From an uncultured Collinsella sp. (GTDB lineage Bacteria; Actinomycetota; Coriobacteriia; Coriobacteriales; Coriobacteriaceae): 64,000 nt of DNA. The notes beneath the pieces were generated by a model. That model did not search any database. It was not told the origin of the DNA and worked only from the letters and a program-made list of their open reading frames with translations. This document shows, in pieces, positions 45,852 through 55,167 of the stretch. Made by a program: the position numbers and the translations under genes. Location of the stretch: positions 1,725 through 65,724 of the forward strand of contig CALHDP010000164.1 of the NCBI GenBank assembly GCA_938023085.1, read 5' to 3'. Each line of letters opens with the position of its first letter. Position 1 is the first letter of the stretch.

Positions 45852-47207
45852 ATGAGCTACACGCAGAAAGTTCTCGAAGAGCTCAAGGCCCGCTATCCCG
45901 AGCAGCCTGAGTTCATCCAGGCCGCGACCGAGATCCTCGGCACCATCCAGCCGGCGCTCGACGCCCACCCCGAGTACGAGGAGGCCGCCCTGCTCGAGCG
46001 CCTCGTCGAGCCCGAGCGCATCGTTATGTTCCGTGTTCCCTGGGTCGACGACCAGGGCAAGGTCCAGGTCAACCGCGGTTACCGCGTCGAGTTCAACTCT
46101 GCCATCGGACCCTACAAGGGCGGCCTGCGCTTTAACCCGACGGTCACCCTGGGTATGCTCAAGTTCCTGGGTCTGGAGCAGATCCTCAAGAACAGCCTGA
46201 CCACCCTGCCCATGGGCGGCGGCAAGGGCGGCTCCGACTTTGATCCTAAGGGCAAGTCCAACAACGAGATCATGCACTTCTGCCAGTCCTTCATGACCGA
46301 GCTCTATCGCCACATCGGCCCCAACACCGACGTTCCCGCCGGCGACCTGGGCGTTGGCGGCCGCGAGGTTGCCTACCTGTTCGGTCAGTACAAGCGCCTG
46401 ACCAACGAGTGGACCGGCGTCCTTACCGGCAAGGGCCTCTCCTTTGGCGGCTCGCTCGCCCGTACCGAGGCCACCGGCTACGGCCTGGTCTACTTTGTGG
46501 ACGAGTACCTCAAGAGCCGCGGTGACTCCTTCGAGGGCAAGAACGTCGTCGTTCACGGCTCCGGTAACGTTGCCATCTACGCGGTCCAGAAGGTCGCCCA
46601 GCTCGGCGGCAAGGTCCTGGCCTGCTCCGACACCCATGGCTGGGTCGAGGATCCCGACGGCATCGACTACACCGTGCTCGAGCATGTCTACAACAAGAAG
46701 CGCTCCGGCCACGACAAGGGTGTTACGCTCGCTATGTACGTTGACGAGAAGCCCAACGCCGTGTGGCACGAGGGCGACGGCCGCGGCGTGTGGCAGCTGC
46801 CCTGCGACATCGCGCTGCCCTGCGCTCGCGAGAACACGCTGCTGCTCGAGGACGCCCAGGCGCTCGTCGCCAACGGCTGCAAGGTGGTCGGCGAGGGCGC
46901 GAACATGCCCACGACCATCGAGGCCACGACTTACTTCCAGGAGAACGGCGTCGCCTTTATGCCCGGTAAGGCTGCCAACGCCGGCGGCGTGCTCGTGTCC
47001 GGCCTGGAGATGAGCCAGAACGCCGAGCACCTGTCCTGGACCTTCGAGGAGGTCGACGGCAAGCTCGAGCAGCTCATGCGCGGCATGTTCCACAACGTGG
47101 ACGATACCGCCAAGGAGTATGGCCAGGAGGGCAACTTTGTCATGGGCGCCAACATCGCCGGCTTCCTGAAGGTCGCCGACGCCATGCTCGCCCAGGGCGT
47201 CTGCTAA
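45852..47207 (+). CDS. gdhA: NADP-specific glutamate dehydrogenase
   Basis: GPYKGGLRF, MGGGKGGSDFDPK, DVPAGD, RTEATGYG, GSGNVA, KAANAGGV. Confidence 0.96.
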   Translation: MSYTQKVLEELKARYPEQPEFIQAATEILGTIQPALDAHPEYEEAALLERLVEPERIVMFRVPWVDDQGKVQVNRGYRVEFNSAIGPYKGGLRFNPTVTLGMLKFLGLEQILKNSLTTLPMGGGKGGSDFDPKGKSNNEIMHFCQSFMTELYRHIGPNTDVPAGDLGVGGREVAYLFGQYKRLTNEWTGVLTGKGLSFGGSLARTEATGYGLVYFVDEYLKSRGDSFEGKNVVVHGSGNVAIYAVQKVAQLGGKVLACSDTHGWVEDPDGIDYTVLEHVYNKKRSGHDKGVTLAMYVDEKPNAVWHEGDGRGVWQLPCDIALPCARENTLLLEDAQALVANGCKVVGEGANMPTTIEATTYFQENGVAFMPGKAANAGGVLVSGLEMSQNAEHLSWTFEEVDGKLEQLMRGMFHNVDDTAKEYGQEGNFVMGANIAGFLKVADAMLAQGVC

Positions 47208-47233
47208 ATCTTCGCTCGACATAGCATGTGATA

Positions 47234-47266
47234 GGGCTCTCAGCCATTCCGGCTGGGAGCCTTTTT
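47234..47266 (+). terminator. Intrinsic terminator after gdhA
   Basis: GGGCTCTCAGCC-attcc-GGCTGGGAGCCT plus T run. Confidence 0.75.
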
Positions 47267-47329
47267 CTATGGCGGTGAGGGTCGTGCGCTCTCGTTTGGT
47301 ACACTTAGAGGTACTGGACAAGTGGAGAG

Positions 47330-48244
47330 ATGGGGGAGAACGTGCTCAAGTTCGGTACCTACGTCCGCGTTGGTAACGCGGCCGAAGCCTATGAGCTCTT
47401 ACAGAAGAACCGCAACAACAAGATTGTGGGCGGTGGCATCTGGATGCGCCTGGGTTCGCGTCGCGTGGCGACGGCGATTGACCTTTCGGCCTGCGGACTC
47501 GATCAGATCGAGGAGACCGAGACCGAGTTTCGTATCGGTGCCATGTGTACCCTGCGCCAGCTCGAGCGCCATGCCGAGCTCAACGCGCTTGTCAACCATG
47601 TCTTTGAGTTCGCCGTCCACGATATCGTGGGCGTGCAGCTGCGCAACACCGCCACGGTGGGCGGCAGCATTTACGGTCGCTTTGGCTTCTCGGACGTTCT
47701 CTCCGCCTTCCTCGCGCTCGATTCCTATGTTGAGCTGACGGGCGCCGGCCGCGTGCCGCTCGCGGAGTTCGTGGACATGGGCTACGTGCGCGACGTTATC
47801 GAGCATGTCGTGGTCGTCAAGCACGATTACCGTGCGAGCTACGAGGCCGTGCGCAAGGCCGCGACCGACTTCCCCTCCTTAAACGTCACCGCCGCCTGGT
47901 GGGACAACAGCTGGCATGTCACCGTGGGCGCCCGCCCGCTGCGTGCGACCCTGCTGCAGGGCGAGGCGTGCGGCCTTACCAACGAGCAGCCTTCCGAGGA
48001 CGAGCTGCGCGCCCTGGCCGCATCCGTGCGTGCCCTGAGCTACGGCACCAACCTGTGGGGCTCGGCCGACTACCGCCGCCGCATCTCGGCCCCGCTGGCG
48101 ATTCAGGCCGTGCGCCGCGCCGCCGGCATCGAGCTTTCGGCCGCGCTTGCCCGCGAGCTCGAGACCGTGCAAGTGCCTAAGTTTGCCACGGACGAGTATT
48201 CCTGCCGCCGCGTGCCCGGCGTCGATTCTAGCGAGGTGCGCTAA
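47330..48244 (+). CDS. Xanthine dehydrogenase-family FAD-binding subunit
   Basis: GGG in the FAD loop, IGAMCTL, VQLRNTATVGG, SADYRR. Confidence 0.85.
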   Translation: MGENVLKFGTYVRVGNAAEAYELLQKNRNNKIVGGGIWMRLGSRRVATAIDLSACGLDQIEETETEFRIGAMCTLRQLERHAELNALVNHVFEFAVHDIVGVQLRNTATVGGSIYGRFGFSDVLSAFLALDSYVELTGAGRVPLAEFVDMGYVRDVIEHVVVVKHDYRASYEAVRKAATDFPSLNVTAAWWDNSWHVTVGARPLRATLLQGEACGLTNEQPSEDELRALAASVRALSYGTNLWGSADYRRRISAPLAIQAVRRAAGIELSAALARELETVQVPKFATDEYSCRRVPGVDSSEVR

Positions 48245-51075
48245 TGGCTGCCAAACTCATCGATCTTTCCTTTACGCTCAACGGTCGCAAGGTCAAGGTT
48301 CAGATTGCCCCCGATACCATGCTCTTTGCGCTGCTGCGCGAGCAGGGCTGCGCGTCGGTGCGCTGTGCCTGCGAGACCACCAACTGCGGTCTGTGCACGG
48401 TGTGGCTCGATGGCGACCCGGTGCTGAGCTGCTCGGTTCCCGCCGCCCGTGTTGAGGGCTGCTCCGTCACCACGCTCGAGGGTCTCAAGGCCGAGTCCGA
48501 GGCGCTCGCCCGCGCAATGGCTGCCGAAGGCGCCGAGCAGTGCGGTTTTTGCGCCCCCGGCCTCATCATGAACGTGCTGGCGCTCGCCCGTGCCGCCAAG
48601 GAGGACCCGAGCCTTGTCGCCACGCGCGAGGAACTCTCGCGCCAGCTCGCCGGCAACCTCTGCCGCTGCAGCGGCTACGAGAGCCAGCTGCGCGCTATCG
48701 TGCGCTTCCTCAACGAGTCCGGCGTGCAGTTGGGCTTTGAGATGCCTGAGCTGCCCGTCAACGAGACGAGCTCCGACGGTGTCGCGTACAAGCAGATCAC
48801 CAAGAAGCAGCCCAAGAAGGACTCGAAGGCCCTGCTCGAGGGTCGTCCCGTCTACACGGGCGACCTGGTACCCGCCGGCGCGCTCATCGTCAAGCTCAAG
48901 CGCAGTCCCTATGCCCGCGCCAAGATCCGCTCCATCGATACGTCGCGTGCCCTGAAGGTGCCCGGCGTGGTGGGCGTTTACACTTACGAGGACGTGCCCA
49001 AGCGCCGCTTTACCATCGCCGGCCAGAGCTACCCACAGCCTTCGCCCTACGACCGCCTGATCCTCGAGAACCTCGTGCGCTACCAAAACGAGGAGGTGGC
49101 GATCGTCGCCGCCGAGACCGAGGAGGCCGCCGACAGGGCGCTCAAGCTCATCAAGGTCGACTACGAGGTGCTCGAGCCGCTGCTCGACTTTACCCAGGCA
49201 CTCGATAACGACATCGTGGTTCACCCCGAGGGCGACGTGACCTTTATGTTTCCGCAGGGCGGCGACGTCCCGCGCAACTTGGTATGCAGCGGCACGAGCG
49301 ACTTTGGCGACTTGGACGAGGCCTTTGCCCAGAGCGACATCGTATTCACCCGCACCTACACCAGCCAGGCCACGCAGACCGCGCCCATGGAGACCTTCCG
49401 CGCCTTCGCGACGACCGACGCGTTTGGGCGCATCTCGGTGACCACCTCTACGCAGGTGCCCTTCCACGTGCGCCGCATGGTTGCGCAGTCGCTCGACATT
49501 CCGCAGTCGCAGGTGCAGGTCATTAAGCCGCGCATCGGCGGTGGCTTTGGCTCCAAGCAGACGGGCTGCTGCGAGATCTTCGTTGCGTTCGTCACCCAGC
49601 AGACCGGCCGTCCGAGCTACTGCTGCTACTCCCGCGAGGAGACCATCACCGCGGGCAACTCGCGCCATCAGATGCAGATGACCGTCAAGCTGGGTGCCAT
49701 GAACGACGGCACCATCACGGCCATCGATTTGCATACGCTGTCCAACGCCGGCGCGTATGGCGAGCATGCCACCACGACGATCGGCCTTTCGGGCCACAAG
49801 AGCCTGCCCATCTACAACCATGTGAAGGCGAGCCGCTTTAGCTGGGACGCCGTCTACACCAATACCAACCGCGGCGGTGCGTATCGCGGCTACGGTGCCA
49901 CCCAGGGCCAGTTTGCCGTGGAGAGTGCCGTCAACGAGCTCGCCGACATGCTGCACATGGATCCCGCCGACCTGCGTCTTAAGAACATGGTTCACGAGGG
50001 CGAGATTATGCCGCAGTACTACAACGAGAAGCTCAACGCCTGCGCGCTCGACCGCTGCCTGCTGCGCGCGATGGACATGATCGGCTGGCGCGACAAGCCG
50101 CTGGCCGTGGACCTGGGCGACCGCGTGCGTGCTCTGGGCTGTGCGCTCACCATGCAGGGCTCGGGCATCTCCAACGTGGACATCGCCGGCATCGACATGC
50201 GCCTGGAAGAGGACGGCTTCATTACCATCGGCACCGGCGCCACCGATAACGGCATGGGCGTCGACACGATTCTGGCGCAGATTGCCGCCGAGGAGCTGGG
50301 CGTGGAGAGCTCGCTTATCGTGGTGCGCGGCGTGGACACCGACGTGTCGCCGTTCGACGCCGGCTCGTACGCGAGCTCGGGCACGTACGTGACGGGCCTT
50401 GCCGCCAAGAACGCCGCGACCGAGCTGCGTGAGAAGATCTGCGCCAAGGCCGCCCAGATGTGGGACGTGGACGCCGCCGATGTGGTCTTTGATGGTCAGT
50501 ACGTGCGCTTGTCCGACGAACGTGCCGCGCGCGAGCAGAACCGCTACCTCACGCTGCGCGACTTTGCCAACCTGTGCGTCAAGAACATCGCGGGCGGAGA
50601 CGCTCTCACCTCGCATGCCTCTGCCTGCCTGCCCGTTTCGCCTCCGCCGTTTATGGCCGGCATTGCCGAGGTCGAGGTCGATAAGGCCACCGGCAAGGTG
50701 ACCGTGGTGGATTATGCGGCGGCTGTGGACTGCGGTACTGTAATCAACGAGGCACTCGCGCGCGTCCAGGCCGAGGGCGGCATTGCCCAGGGCATTGGCC
50801 ACGCGCTCTACGAGATCGTCGAGCACGACGACCGCGGCCGCCTGCGCACCGGCAACTTTATGAGCTACAAGTTGCCCACGCGCCTGGATATCGGCAGTAT
50901 TCGCGTGGCCTTTGAGCCGAGCTACGAGCCGACGGGCCCGTTTGGCGCCAAGTCGATCGGTGAGGTCGTCATCAACACGCCGCTCGCCGCCGTGGCCTCG
51001 GCCGTGGCACACGCCACCGGCCACCAGGTTCGCTCGCTGCCGATCACGCCCGAGAAGGCCCTGCTGGGGGAGTAA
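48244..51075 (+). CDS. Xanthine dehydrogenase-family Mo hydroxylase with fused 2x[2Fe-2S] domain (XdhD-like)
   Basis: CETTNCGLCTV, QCGFCAPG, NLCRCSGY, IGGGFGSKQ, AYRGYGATQ, GAKSIGE. Confidence 0.88.
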   Translation: MAAKLIDLSFTLNGRKVKVQIAPDTMLFALLREQGCASVRCACETTNCGLCTVWLDGDPVLSCSVPAARVEGCSVTTLEGLKAESEALARAMAAEGAEQCGFCAPGLIMNVLALARAAKEDPSLVATREELSRQLAGNLCRCSGYESQLRAIVRFLNESGVQLGFEMPELPVNETSSDGVAYKQITKKQPKKDSKALLEGRPVYTGDLVPAGALIVKLKRSPYARAKIRSIDTSRALKVPGVVGVYTYEDVPKRRFTIAGQSYPQPSPYDRLILENLVRYQNEEVAIVAAETEEAADRALKLIKVDYEVLEPLLDFTQALDNDIVVHPEGDVTFMFPQGGDVPRNLVCSGTSDFGDLDEAFAQSDIVFTRTYTSQATQTAPMETFRAFATTDAFGRISVTTSTQVPFHVRRMVAQSLDIPQSQVQVIKPRIGGGFGSKQTGCCEIFVAFVTQQTGRPSYCCYSREETITAGNSRHQMQMTVKLGAMNDGTITAIDLHTLSNAGAYGEHATTTIGLSGHKSLPIYNHVKASRFSWDAVYTNTNRGGAYRGYGATQGQFAVESAVNELADMLHMDPADLRLKNMVHEGEIMPQYYNEKLNACALDRCLLRAMDMIGWRDKPLAVDLGDRVRALGCALTMQGSGISNVDIAGIDMRLEEDGFITIGTGATDNGMGVDTILAQIAAEELGVESSLIVVRGVDTDVSPFDAGSYASSGTYVTGLAAKNAATELREKICAKAAQMWDVDAADVVFDGQYVRLSDERAAREQNRYLTLRDFANLCVKNIAGGDALTSHASACLPVSPPPFMAGIAEVEVDKATGKVTVVDYAAAVDCGTVINEALARVQAEGGIAQGIGHALYEIVEHDDRGRLRTGNFMSYKLPTRLDIGSIRVAFEPSYEPTGPFGAKSIGEVVINTPLAAVASAVAHATGHQVRSLPITPEKALLGE

Positions 51076-51100
51076 CAGGTCAGCGAACAAGTCGTAATTG

Positions 51101-51129
51101 GCGGGGCGGGACAACTCGCCCCGCCTTTT
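51101..51129 (+). terminator. Intrinsic terminator after the Mo hydroxylase gene
   Basis: GGCGGGGCG-loop-CGCCCCGCC followed by TTTT. Confidence 0.65.
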
Positions 51130-51215
51130 GCACTCGTGGTGAGGTCGTGAGCCTGTAAAACGTGTGCGTGCGCTTGTCGTTCGTATCTGCTATCATTCCT
51201 AGTCTGTGCGCTCAT

Positions 51216-51299
51216 GCGGGCGTGGCGGAATTGGTAGACGCGCCAGATTTAGGTTCTGGTGGGATTCCCGTGAAGGTTCGAGTCCTTTCGCCCGCACCA
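51216..51299 (+). tRNA. tRNA-Leu(TAG)
   Basis: Anticodon arm CCAGA-TT TAG GT-TCTGG, variable arm, GTTCGAGT, CCA. Confidence 0.95.
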
Positions 51300-51390
51300 A
51301 CGCATCTGCGTCGGCTTCGGCCGTCGCGACTCTTTGTTGCATAAAGGTACCAGCACCTCAGATAAGCTGGGCAGTATGAGGAGGAACGTG

Positions 51391-52689
51391 TTGAACATCA
51401 CCGCTTCTGACGTCAAGGACGCCAAGCTCACCGCTACGGTCACCATCCCGGCCGCCGACGTCGACGCCGCGATCAAGAAGGCCTACAAGGACACCGCCAA
51501 GAAGTACCGCTTCCCGGGCTTCCGCGCCGGCAAGGCTCCCCGTCCGGTCATTGACTCCGCTCTTGGCGCCGAGGCTACCCTCGCTCAGGCCACCAACGAC
51601 CTGATCTCCGCCAACGAGCCCGCCGTCCTCAACGAGCTGGACATCGTCCCCACCAAGAGCGGTGACTACAAGGAGCTCGACCTCGCCAAGGATCACGAGG
51701 ACTACACCTACACCGTCGAGTTCTCCCTGCGTCCTGCTGCCGAGCTCTCCTCCTTCGACGCCGTCGAGATCGAGATGCCTCCCGCGGAGGTCACCGAGTC
51801 CGAGATCAACAACCAGGTCGAGATGCTCCTCAACTACCGTGCCACCTTCGAGGACGTCGAGGGTCGCGCCGTCGAGGCCGAGGACTACGTCACCGTCGAC
51901 CTCAAGGCCGTCGAGAACGCCGACAACTTTGCCGCCGAGGGCCGCATGCTCATCGCCGGTAGCGACAGCAACCCCGCCGAGTTCAACGAGGCCCTGATCG
52001 GCGCTAACGTTGACGACGTTAAGACCGTCACCTGGACCGACGAGGTCGAGGAGGGCGAGGAGGCCGAGACCCACACCGTCGAGGTCACCGTCAAGGGCAT
52101 CAAGGTCCGCAACACCCCCGAGCTCACCGACGAGCTCGTCAAGTCCGACTTCGGCTTTGACAGCATCGACGCCATGCGCGACGCCATCAAGATTGAGATC
52201 GAGCAGGACAAGGCTTCCCGCCTCCCGGCCGAGAAGGAGAACCGTTGCGTCTCCGCTCTCGCCGAGCGCCTGCAGCTCGACGAGATGGACGCCGACTACG
52301 AGCAGTCCGTCTTTGAGGAGCTTGGCCAGAACTTCCTGTCCAACCTCGCTGCCCGCGGCATGACCCTGGACACCTGGCTGCCGGCTTCCGGCCTGACCAT
52401 GGAGCAGTTCATCGGCGACCTGCACAAGCAGGCCAACGACGTTGCCCGTGAGTCCCTGGCTCTCGACGCCCTCGCCCGCGAGCTCAAGATCGAGGTCACC
52501 GAGGACGACATCAACGCCGAGTTCGAGAAGGCCGGCGTCAAGGACGTCGAGGCTTCCAAGGCCGAGTTCATCGCCGATGGCCGCATGCCTGCCGTCCGCG
52601 AGTCCATCCGTCGCTCCAAGGCCGTCGACCACTTGGTCGAGAACGCCAAGGTGACCGAGGTCGACGAGACCGCCAAGGACGCCGAGTAA
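51391..52689 (+). CDS. tig: Trigger factor
   Basis: FPGFRAGKAP ribosome-binding signature; AGGAGG RBS with TTG start; tRNA-Leu-tig-clpP-clpX synteny. Confidence 0.93.
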   Translation: MNITASDVKDAKLTATVTIPAADVDAAIKKAYKDTAKKYRFPGFRAGKAPRPVIDSALGAEATLAQATNDLISANEPAVLNELDIVPTKSGDYKELDLAKDHEDYTYTVEFSLRPAAELSSFDAVEIEMPPAEVTESEINNQVEMLLNYRATFEDVEGRAVEAEDYVTVDLKAVENADNFAAEGRMLIAGSDSNPAEFNEALIGANVDDVKTVTWTDEVEEGEEAETHTVEVTVKGIKVRNTPELTDELVKSDFGFDSIDAMRDAIKIEIEQDKASRLPAEKENRCVSALAERLQLDEMDADYEQSVFEELGQNFLSNLAARGMTLDTWLPASGLTMEQFIGDLHKQANDVARESLALDALARELKIEVTEDDINAEFEKAGVKDVEASKAEFIADGRMPAVRESIRRSKAVDHLVENAKVTEVDETAKDAE

Positions 52690-52852
52690 TTCTCGCCACC
52701 TTGCCCGCGAGCGCATGCACGCGCCCGTGATGGGGTAAAGTTATAAGCCGGTTATCCGGTTGCTTCGTACGGTGCCAGCCAATGCATAGCATGCGGGCAC
52801 CGTACGTTTATCTAGAACCAATTTGGTCCGCAAGAGAGAAATGGAGATGCGT

Positions 52853-53473
52853 ATGATCGCTAAGTTCGATTCCGCCCTCGTGCCATACGTTATCGAGCAG
52901 ACGCCGCGCGGCGAGCGCAGCTACGATATCTATTCGCGCCTGCTCAACGACCGCATCATCTTCTTGGGCGAGGAGATCAACTCCGTCAGCGCCAATCTGG
53001 TCGTTGCCCAGCTGCTGCATCTTGAGAGCCAGGATGCCGAGAAGGATATCTCGCTCTACATCAATTCGCCCGGTGGCGAGGTTTACTCCGGCCTGGCGAT
53101 TCTTGACACCATGAACTTCATTAAGCCGCAGGTCTCCACCATCTGCGTCGGTATGGCTGCGTCCATGGCCGCCGTGCTGCTTTCGGCCGGCGCTAAGGGC
53201 AAGCGCTTCTGCCTGCCGCACTCTAAGGTCATGATTCACCAGCCCAGCGGCGGTGCCCAGGGTCAGCAAACCGAGATCGAAATCGTGGCCGAGGAGATCA
53301 AGAAGACTCGCCGCGAGCTCAACCAGATCCTGTCCGACGCCTCGGGCCAGCCCATCGAGAAGGTCCAGGCCGACACCGAGCGCGACAACTACCTGACCGC
53401 TGCTGAGGCCCTTGACTACGGCCTGATCGACCGTATCGTCACCTCGCGCGACCTCGCCGCGAAGGACGCCTAG
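52853..53473 (+). CDS. clpP: ATP-dependent Clp protease proteolytic subunit
   Basis: [33 protein letters not shown]. Confidence 0.96.
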   Translation: MIAKFDSALVPYVIEQTPRGERSYDIYSRLLNDRIIFLGEEINSVSANLVVAQLLHLESQDAEKDISLYINSPGGEVYSGLAILDTMNFIKPQVSTICVGMAASMAAVLLSAGAKGKRFCLPHSKVMIHQPSGGAQGQQTEIEIVAEEIKKTRRELNQILSDASGQPIEKVQADTERDNYLTAAEALDYGLIDRIVTSRDLAAKDA

Positions 53474-53474
53474 G

Positions 53475-54881
53475 ATGGCCGGTAACATGCAGGACAACTT
53501 TGACGAGAACGGCAACCCCATCCGCTGCTCCTTCTGCGGAAAAGAGCAGGGCCAGGTCCGTCGCCTCGTAAAGGGCCCGACCAACATCTTTATCTGTGAC
53601 GAGTGCGTCGCCGCCTGCTCCGAGATTCTTGAGGAGTCGCTGGCTTCGGACTTTATGGACGCTGCCCGCAACGGCAAGCTGCCGGGCTTCCTCAATGACC
53701 ACGGCCAGGCTGCATCCCAGCCCGCTGTGGATCCCGAGACCGAGGGCTTTGAGCTCGAGGATGATCGTCAGGTCATCACGCACGTGCCGACGCCGCACGA
53801 GATCTATGACGAGCTTTCGGCCTATGTTATGGGTCAGGAGGACGCCAAGCGTGCCATGTCGGTGGCCGTGTACAACCACTATCGCCGCGTGATTGAGGGC
53901 GGCGCTGCGGTGTCTGCCTTTGATGACGACATGGGCTCGCAGTTCGATGACGATATGGACGAGGTAGAGCTCGCCAAGTCCAATATCCTGCTGCTCGGTC
54001 CCACCGGTACCGGCAAGACCCTGCTCGCCCAGACGCTTGCGCGCATCCTCGAGGTGCCGTTTGCCATCGCCGATGCCACCGCACTCACCGAGGCCGGCTA
54101 TGTGGGCGAGGACGTGGAGAACATCCTGCTCAAGCTCATCAATGCTGCCGATGGTGACATTGAACGCGCTCAGGTGGGCATCATCTACGTGGACGAGATC
54201 GACAAGATCGCCCGCAAGGCCGAGAACCTCTCCATTACCCGCGATGTTTCGGGCGAGGGCGTTCAGCAGGCACTGCTTAAGATTCTTGAGGGCACGGTGG
54301 CAAGCGTTCCGCCCACCGGCGGCCGCAAGCATCCCCAGCAGGAGCTGCTACAGATTGACACGACCAACATCCTGTTCATCTGCGGCGGTGCCTTTGTGGG
54401 TCTGGACAAGATCATCGCCGACCGCGTGGGCAACAAGGGCGTGGGCTTTAACTCCGAGATCGCCGGCCCCACCTCGGTCGACGAGAACGATCTGCTGCGT
54501 CAGGTGCTCCCGCAGGACCTCAACGCTTTTGGCATGATCCCCGAGTTTGTGGGACGTACGCCTGTCGTAACCCAGACGCAGGCGCTCGACGAGGACGACC
54601 TGGTGTCGATTTTGACCGAACCCAAGAACGCCGTGGTGCGCCAGTACCGTAAGATGTTCCAGCTCGAGGACGTTGAGCTTGAGTTTGAGGATGCCGCCCT
54701 GCACGAGATCGCCCGCATGGCGCTCGCCCGCAAGACCGGTGCCCGCGGCCTGCGCTCCATCTGCGAGGACGTGCTGCAGCAGACAATGTTCGACCTGCCC
54801 AGTGAGGAGGGTGTTTCCAAGGTCGTTGTGACCGAAGCCTCCGTAAAGGGCGAAGAGCAGCCCCAACGCATCTACGGCTAA
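53475..54881 (+). CDS. clpX: ATP-dependent Clp protease ATP-binding subunit
   Basis: Zn finger [44 protein letters not shown]. Confidence 0.96.
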   Translation: MAGNMQDNFDENGNPIRCSFCGKEQGQVRRLVKGPTNIFICDECVAACSEILEESLASDFMDAARNGKLPGFLNDHGQAASQPAVDPETEGFELEDDRQVITHVPTPHEIYDELSAYVMGQEDAKRAMSVAVYNHYRRVIEGGAAVSAFDDDMGSQFDDDMDEVELAKSNILLLGPTGTGKTLLAQTLARILEVPFAIADATALTEAGYVGEDVENILLKLINAADGDIERAQVGIIYVDEIDKIARKAENLSITRDVSGEGVQQALLKILEGTVASVPPTGGRKHPQQELLQIDTTNILFICGGAFVGLDKIIADRVGNKGVGFNSEIAGPTSVDENDLLRQVLPQDLNAFGMIPEFVGRTPVVTQTQALDEDDLVSILTEPKNAVVRQYRKMFQLEDVELEFEDAALHEIARMALARKTGARGLRSICEDVLQQTMFDLPSEEGVSKVVVTEASVKGEEQPQRIYG

Positions 54882-54902
54882 ACCAGCCAAAAACGTGCTT
54901 GC

Positions 54903-54939
54903 AAATAGCCTCCGACCACCCGCGGTCGGAGGCTATTTT
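54903..54939 (+). terminator. Terminator after clpX, possibly bidirectional
   Basis: AAATAGCCTCCGACC-acccgc-GGTCGGAGGCTATTTT. Confidence 0.75.
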
Positions 54940-55033
54940 ATATATACGCAATAACCCCAACTACCTGTGTTATTCTGTATGTTTGTTTAAAGTCTCAGCA
55001 AAGTCCATTCAGACTGAAGTAATCGATACCTAA

Positions 55034-55147
55034 GGCGTTTCCGCCTGCTTGGTTTTCGTAGATTCCGCACGAGCCGAAGAGCACTAAATGTGCTCTTCGT
55101 GCGAGCCCAGGACCTGACCGAGCGAAAACCAAGCAGGCGGACACGCC
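55034..55147 (-). repeat. ~115-bp nested palindromic element, family C, copy 1 (upstream of valS)
   Basis: GGCGTTTCCGCCTGCTTGGTTTTCG...CGAAAACCAAGCAGGCGGACACGCC with inner GAAGAGCAC-TAAAT-GTGCTCTTC. Confidence 0.75.
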
Positions 55148-55167
55148 GACGGGCAAGGGAGAGATAT

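Noticed and set aside
53919..53958. Duplicated FDDDM motif in ClpX
   Set aside because: Short acidic repeat in a variable loop; no evidence of special function
54960..55167. T-box riboswitch upstream of valS
   Set aside because: No T-box antiterminator sequence (GGTGGNACC) found; the leader is occupied by a family C palindrome
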